A stretch of DNA of 32,000 bases from positions 750,001-782,000 of the forward strand of contig NZ_CP076228.1 in the NCBI RefSeq assembly GCF_021378375.1. Reading direction: 5' to 3'. The translations under genes were made by a program, and so were the position numbers. The notes beneath the pieces were generated by a model. That model had not been told where the DNA came from and did not search any database. It saw nothing but the letters and a program-made list of their open reading frames with translations. Shown piece after piece: positions 28,602 to 32,000 of the stretch (its first letter is position 1; each line of letters begins with the position of its first letter). Source of the stretch: Wolbachia endosymbiont of Drosophila innubila (GTDB taxonomy: Bacteria > Pseudomonadota > Alphaproteobacteria > Rickettsiales > Anaplasmataceae).

Positions 28602-29858
28602 ATGCACTATTTAAAACAAATATTACATCAAACCGAACAAACTTTTCTAAGGGAAGTAATAACAGATTACCACCTTGCTGATGATATCTATGAAATATGC
28701 ACACAACACGGAAATGACATCTTTCTAGTTGCAGATGAAAATACAGCAAAACTTTTAAACAAAAACGTATTTAATAAAATTTCTCATTTAATTATTCCAA
28801 CCCCACCTGCCATTCCAGTGTCACGCACTGGGATGACATCAAGTAGAGAAATGACACCAAGCAGAGCTGCCTCTCTTGAAACCGTAAATCTAGTGAGAAA
28901 CAAAGTAAAAGACAGTGACTTAATAGTTGCATTTGGTAGCGGCACCGTTAACGATATCTGCAAATATGCAAGCTACCTCGAGAAAAAAGATTATATATCC
29001 TTTCCAACAGCCGCTTCTATGAATGGATATACATCCGCAAATGCTTCAATATTAGTAAATGGATATAAAAAATCGTTCAAAGCACATCTTCCAAGAGCAA
29101 TATATATAGATATAGACATACTTGCCAATGCGCCACTGCGCCTCACATTAAGCGGATTTGCAGATTTCATTTGTCGTTCAACAGTTCAGGCTGACTGGCT
29201 ACTATCTCATTTGTTGCTTAGCACAGAATACAATGAATTACCTTTTACACTTGTTCACGATTTGGAGCAAATTTTGCTAAGAGAATATACGGCGCTTACT
29301 AAAAGAAGTGGAAAAGAGGTCCTATTACTTATGGAAGTTCTACTAATTTCAGGACTTGGAATGGTGATGTCAAAAGGCAGCTATTCTGCAAGCCAAGGAG
29401 AGCATATGATAGCTCACGCAATGGAAATGGTAACAAAAGATTATTCCTCACTACATGGTGAAAAAATTGCTGTCACAACGATTACTATGGCTAATTTACA
29501 GGAAAAGATATTATCAATACAAAACCCGATTATCAAACCGACCACTTTAGATGTAAAACATATAACTCAGTACTTTGATAATATCGAATTTGTAAGAACT
29601 TTTGAACAGAAGCAAATTATGCAGCAAAAAATCCAAGAGATTATTTGTAAAGAATGGCATAATATTTCCAGTTTAATTAAGCAAAATTTACTACCTGCAA
29701 AACACCTGCAAAAAATATTTGAAGATCTATCAATTCCACACTTACCAGAGCACCTCAATTGGAATAAAGAACAATATTGTAAAGTGGTCGATTTTGCGTT
29801 TACAACAAGAGATAGATTCACCTTTCTTGACTTAGCTAACTGCATAGAAGAAAGTTAA
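28602..29858 (+). CDS. Iron-containing alcohol dehydrogenase superfamily / sn-glycerol-1-phosphate dehydrogenase-like
   Basis: DSDLIVAFGSGTVNDICKYASY, FPTAASMNGYTSANASI, SGFADFICRSTVQADWLLSH, GEHMIAHAMEM. Carries a 19-codon in-frame palindromic insert. Confidence 0.8.
   Translation: MHYLKQILHQTEQTFLREVITDYHLADDIYEICTQHGNDIFLVADENTAKLLNKNVFNKISHLIIPTPPAIPVSRTGMTSSREMTPSRAASLETVNLVRNKVKDSDLIVAFGSGTVNDICKYASYLEKKDYISFPTAASMNGYTSANASILVNGYKKSFKAHLPRAIYIDIDILANAPLRLTLSGFADFICRSTVQADWLLSHLLLSTEYNELPFTLVHDLEQILLREYTALTKRSGKEVLLLMEVLLISGLGMVMSKGSYSASQGEHMIAHAMEMVTKDYSSLHGEKIAVTTITMANLQEKILSIQNPIIKPTTLDVKHITQYFDNIEFVRTFEQKQIMQQKIQEIICKEWHNISSLIKQNLLPAKHLQKIFEDLSIPHLPEHLNWNKEQYCKVVDFAFTTRDRFTFLDLANCIEES
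28809..28865 (+). repeat. In-frame 57-bp palindromic repeat insert within a CDS (family A related)
   Basis: Hairpin CATTCCAGTG-TCACG-CACTGGGATG at 28811-28835, same sequence as intergenic copies (31416..., 31552). Encodes AIPVSRTGMTSSREMTPSR between ...IIPTPP and AASLETVNLVR. Confidence 0.75.
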
Positions 29859-30028
29859 GTTTTGTAGTGAAATTCTGTCATTTAAAGAGATCATAGGCCA
29901 AAAGCTAAACCCTTTTCACAATCTCTTATCCATTGTCTCCTCACCTGAGTGGATATACAACTCATTCCAAGTAACTGACACTGGGTTTCACCAATAGCAC
30001 TGCTTTGCTAAACATAGTTTAGTTCGAG

Positions 30029-30101
30029 TGGCTGAGGAGGGACTTGAACCCCCGACCAAGAGATTATGATCCTCCTGCTCTACCAACTGAGCTACTCAGC
30101 C
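30029..30101 (-). tRNA. tRNA with CAU anticodon (elongator Met, or Ile2 with lysidine-modified C34)
   Basis: RC = GGCTGAGTAGCTCAGTTGGTAGAGCAGGAGGATCATAATCTCTTGGTCGGGGGTTCAAGTCCCTCCTCAGCCA; fully paired 7-bp acceptor stem, D, anticodon (CAT) and T arms. The 3' half CTTGGTCG..GGTTCAAGTCC resembles bacterial tRNA-Ile2. Confidence 0.9.
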
Positions 30102-31393
30102 TAATTAAAAACCTTATTATACACACGATCTATATGTTTCGTATAATACTTCAAATCAAACAAAGATTCAAGTTTTTCCGAGTTAATAACCTTAAGTAAG
30201 GGTTTATCTTGTTTCAATTCGGCCAGAAAATCACTGTTGTTTTGTTTCACTTTCATTGCATTGCTCTGAACAATTTTATACGCCTCTTCCCTCGCCAAAC
30301 CACTATTTACTAACTCAAGCAATACACGCTGTGAGAAAACTAAACCTTTTGAAGAATTTAAGTTCTTTTCAATGTTTTCCTTATTGATCACCAATTTATC
30401 TATCAAATCTGTTAATCGCACTAAAGCAAAATCCATTGTTATACAAGCATCAGGAGCAATGCATCTTTCCACAGACGAGTGTGATATATCACGTTCGTGC
30501 CACAATGCAACATTTTCTAACGCAGGAAAAACATAACTGCGTATTAAACGTGAGAGTCCAGTCAGATTTTCACTTAAAATAGGATTACATTTGTGTGGCA
30601 TAGCAGAGCTTCCCTTCTGCCCAGTGGAAAAATGCTCAGAAATTTCGCCGATTTCAGTTCTTTGCAAATGACGAATTTCAACAGCAACATTTTCTATTGA
30701 ACTTGCAATTACTCCCAAAACTGAAAAGAACATGGCATGTCTATCACGAGGAATGATTTGAGATGATATGGTTTCAGGTATGAGTCCCATTTCTTTCGCT
30801 ACATATTCTTCAACAAACGGATCAACATTTGCAAAATTGCCTACTGCACCTGATATTTTACAAATTGAGATCTCTTTTTGCGCGCTAATTAATCTCTGAT
30901 AATTGCGTTTAAATTCAGCATAAAATCTGGCAAATTTTATTCCAAGAGTTGTTGGTTCTGCATGCATTCCGTGACTGCGTCCAACACAAACAATATCTTT
31001 ATAGTCCTCAGCTTTTTTTTTCAATGCTGCAAGTAAATTTTTTAGATTCTCGAGCAAAATATCACAGGACTCTTTCAGTTGCACCGCAAGGCATGTATCC
31101 AAAACATCAGAACTTGTCATTCCATAATGAAGATAACGAACATCAACTCCCGCTTTTTTAGCAATATATGTCAGAAAAGCTATAACATCATGTTTTACAA
31201 TGGATTCAATTTCGTTGATACATTCAACATCAAATTCAATAGCACCAGAGAGGTTCTCAGCAATATTATTCGGAATCACTCCTAACTTTGCTTGAGCTTC
31301 ACACGCTAATTTTTCTATTTTAAGCCATATATTAAATTTATTATTTTCCTCCCAAATGGAAGACATTTCTTTTCTGCTATAGCGGGGAATCAT
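30101..31393 (-). CDS. purB: adenylosuccinate lyase
   Basis: MIPRYSRKEMSSIWEENNKFNIWLKIE, GMTSSDVLDT, VGRSHGMHAEPTTLG, GSSAMPHKCNPILSENL (fumarase/aspartase superfamily signature). Confidence 0.96.
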   Translation of the reverse strand: MIPRYSRKEMSSIWEENNKFNIWLKIEKLACEAQAKLGVIPNNIAENLSGAIEFDVECINEIESIVKHDVIAFLTYIAKKAGVDVRYLHYGMTSSDVLDTCLAVQLKESCDILLENLKNLLAALKKKAEDYKDIVCVGRSHGMHAEPTTLGIKFARFYAEFKRNYQRLISAQKEISICKISGAVGNFANVDPFVEEYVAKEMGLIPETISSQIIPRDRHAMFFSVLGVIASSIENVAVEIRHLQRTEIGEISEHFSTGQKGSSAMPHKCNPILSENLTGLSRLIRSYVFPALENVALWHERDISHSSVERCIAPDACITMDFALVRLTDLIDKLVINKENIEKNLNSSKGLVFSQRVLLELVNSGLAREEAYKIVQSNAMKVKQNNSDFLAELKQDKPLLKVINSEKLESLFDLKYYTKHIDRVYNKVFN

Positions 31394-31415
31394 TTTTGAT
31401 TTATTCCAATAATGG

Positions 31416-31552
31416 TGTCATTCCAGTGCGTGACACTGGAATCCAGATATAAAAGTATTTGCAAATTATTCAATGGACAACGGATTCTAGAAGCATAAAA
31501 TAATGTCCATGATGAAATAAACTGGATCCCAGTGTCACGCACTGGGATGACA
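31416..31552. repeat. Dispersed palindromic repeat, family A copy
   Basis: TGTCATTCCAGTGCGTGACACTGGAATCCAG ... CTGGATCCCAGTGTCACGCACTGGGATGACA, followed by a partial copy (cactgggatgacaccag). Confidence 0.8.
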
Positions 31553-31629
31553 TGAGGGAAGCACTGGGATGACACCAGCTTAGCCATGGCAGAAATTTCT
31601 TTACGACTATAACAAGGGATCATCTTTGA

Positions 31630-32000
31630 TCAGCTATCATCACCATCAGTAGCTTCTTTATTCGCATCTTGCTCTGCCTCTTGTTGCTCAGACTTCTGAT
31701 TTTGCAATTTTACTTGCCTTAGCTCATTTGCATCTGTTTCGGATTTCACGACGTATATAGTAATTGGTACTACTACTTCACTATGTAATTCTACGTTTAC
31801 TTGGTATTCACCCAAGTTTTTGATGCTTACTCCACCAAAAGATAAACTACGGTGATCTATCACATGTCCTTCTTGTAGTAAAATTTTCGCAATTTCACGT
31901 GTTGTTACAGAACCAAAAATTTTACCATCCTCTGAAGCTTGCTTTATTAATACCACAAACTTATCATGTAGTGACAACGCAAGCTCTTTTGCTACATTTA
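31630..32000 (-). CDS. rplI: 50S ribosomal protein L9 (5' end beyond window edge)
   Basis: ...NVAKELALSLHDKFVVLIKQASEDGKIFGSVTTREIAKILLQEGHVIDHRSLSF...IKNLGEYQVNVELHSEVVVPITIYVV; the frame is open to the edge. Acidic C-terminal tail. Confidence 0.93.
   Translation of the reverse strand, partial: NVAKELALSLHDKFVVLIKQASEDGKIFGSVTTREIAKILLQEGHVIDHRSLSFGGVSIKNLGEYQVNVELHSEVVVPITIYVVKSETDANELRQVKLQNQKSEQQEAEQDANKEATDGDDS

Noticed and set aside
31390-31623. 77-aa minus-strand ORF between rplI and purB
   Set aside because: Translation spans a family A repeat (HVIPVRDTGIQFIS...VTHWNDTIIGINQK). No RBS support; repeat-derived.
1-32000. Whether the window carries prophage, toxin-antitoxin, restriction-modification or cytoplasmic-incompatibility (cif-like) genes
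   Set aside because: No structural phage proteins, methyltransferase motifs, TA pairs, or deubiquitinase/nuclease-type cif signatures were recognised in any provided translation.

Overview
This 32 kb window is a gene-dense, AT-rich chromosomal segment of an alphaproteobacterial endosymbiont, most likely Wolbachia. That assignment is an inference from protein character and from dispersed palindromic repeats; no database search was run. Most of the window is housekeeping: recG (partial), miaA, a tsaC-like gene, a holB-like gene, acpS, proS, a cytochrome c gene, trpS, grpE, a polyprenyl synthetase, rpsP, a ppiD/surA-like gene, a DUF1013-like gene, rho, two RDD proteins, icd, nth, dapE, purB, a CAU tRNA and rplI (partial). 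The regions that stand out are: (1) a membrane-anchored protein with polyproline tracts and a WH2-like actin-binding motif (10150-10794, minus strand). It appears to be split by a 1-nt change in a short A run from a downstream ORF (9806-10153), so the ancestral protein was about 330 aa. (2) A J-domain/transmembrane gene (25275-26576) that stays in one frame but carries two in-frame stops. (3) A degenerate IS4-like element with clean 23-bp terminal inverted repeats and an 8-bp target duplication (11460-13031). (4) Two families of dispersed palindromic repeats, one copy of which is inserted in frame inside a dehydrogenase-like CDS. (5) A small unannotated membrane ORF translationally coupled to the DUF1013-like gene. 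(6) A 1-nt overlap between the purB stop codon and the first base of the tRNA. No CRISPR array, prophage module or restriction system was found.
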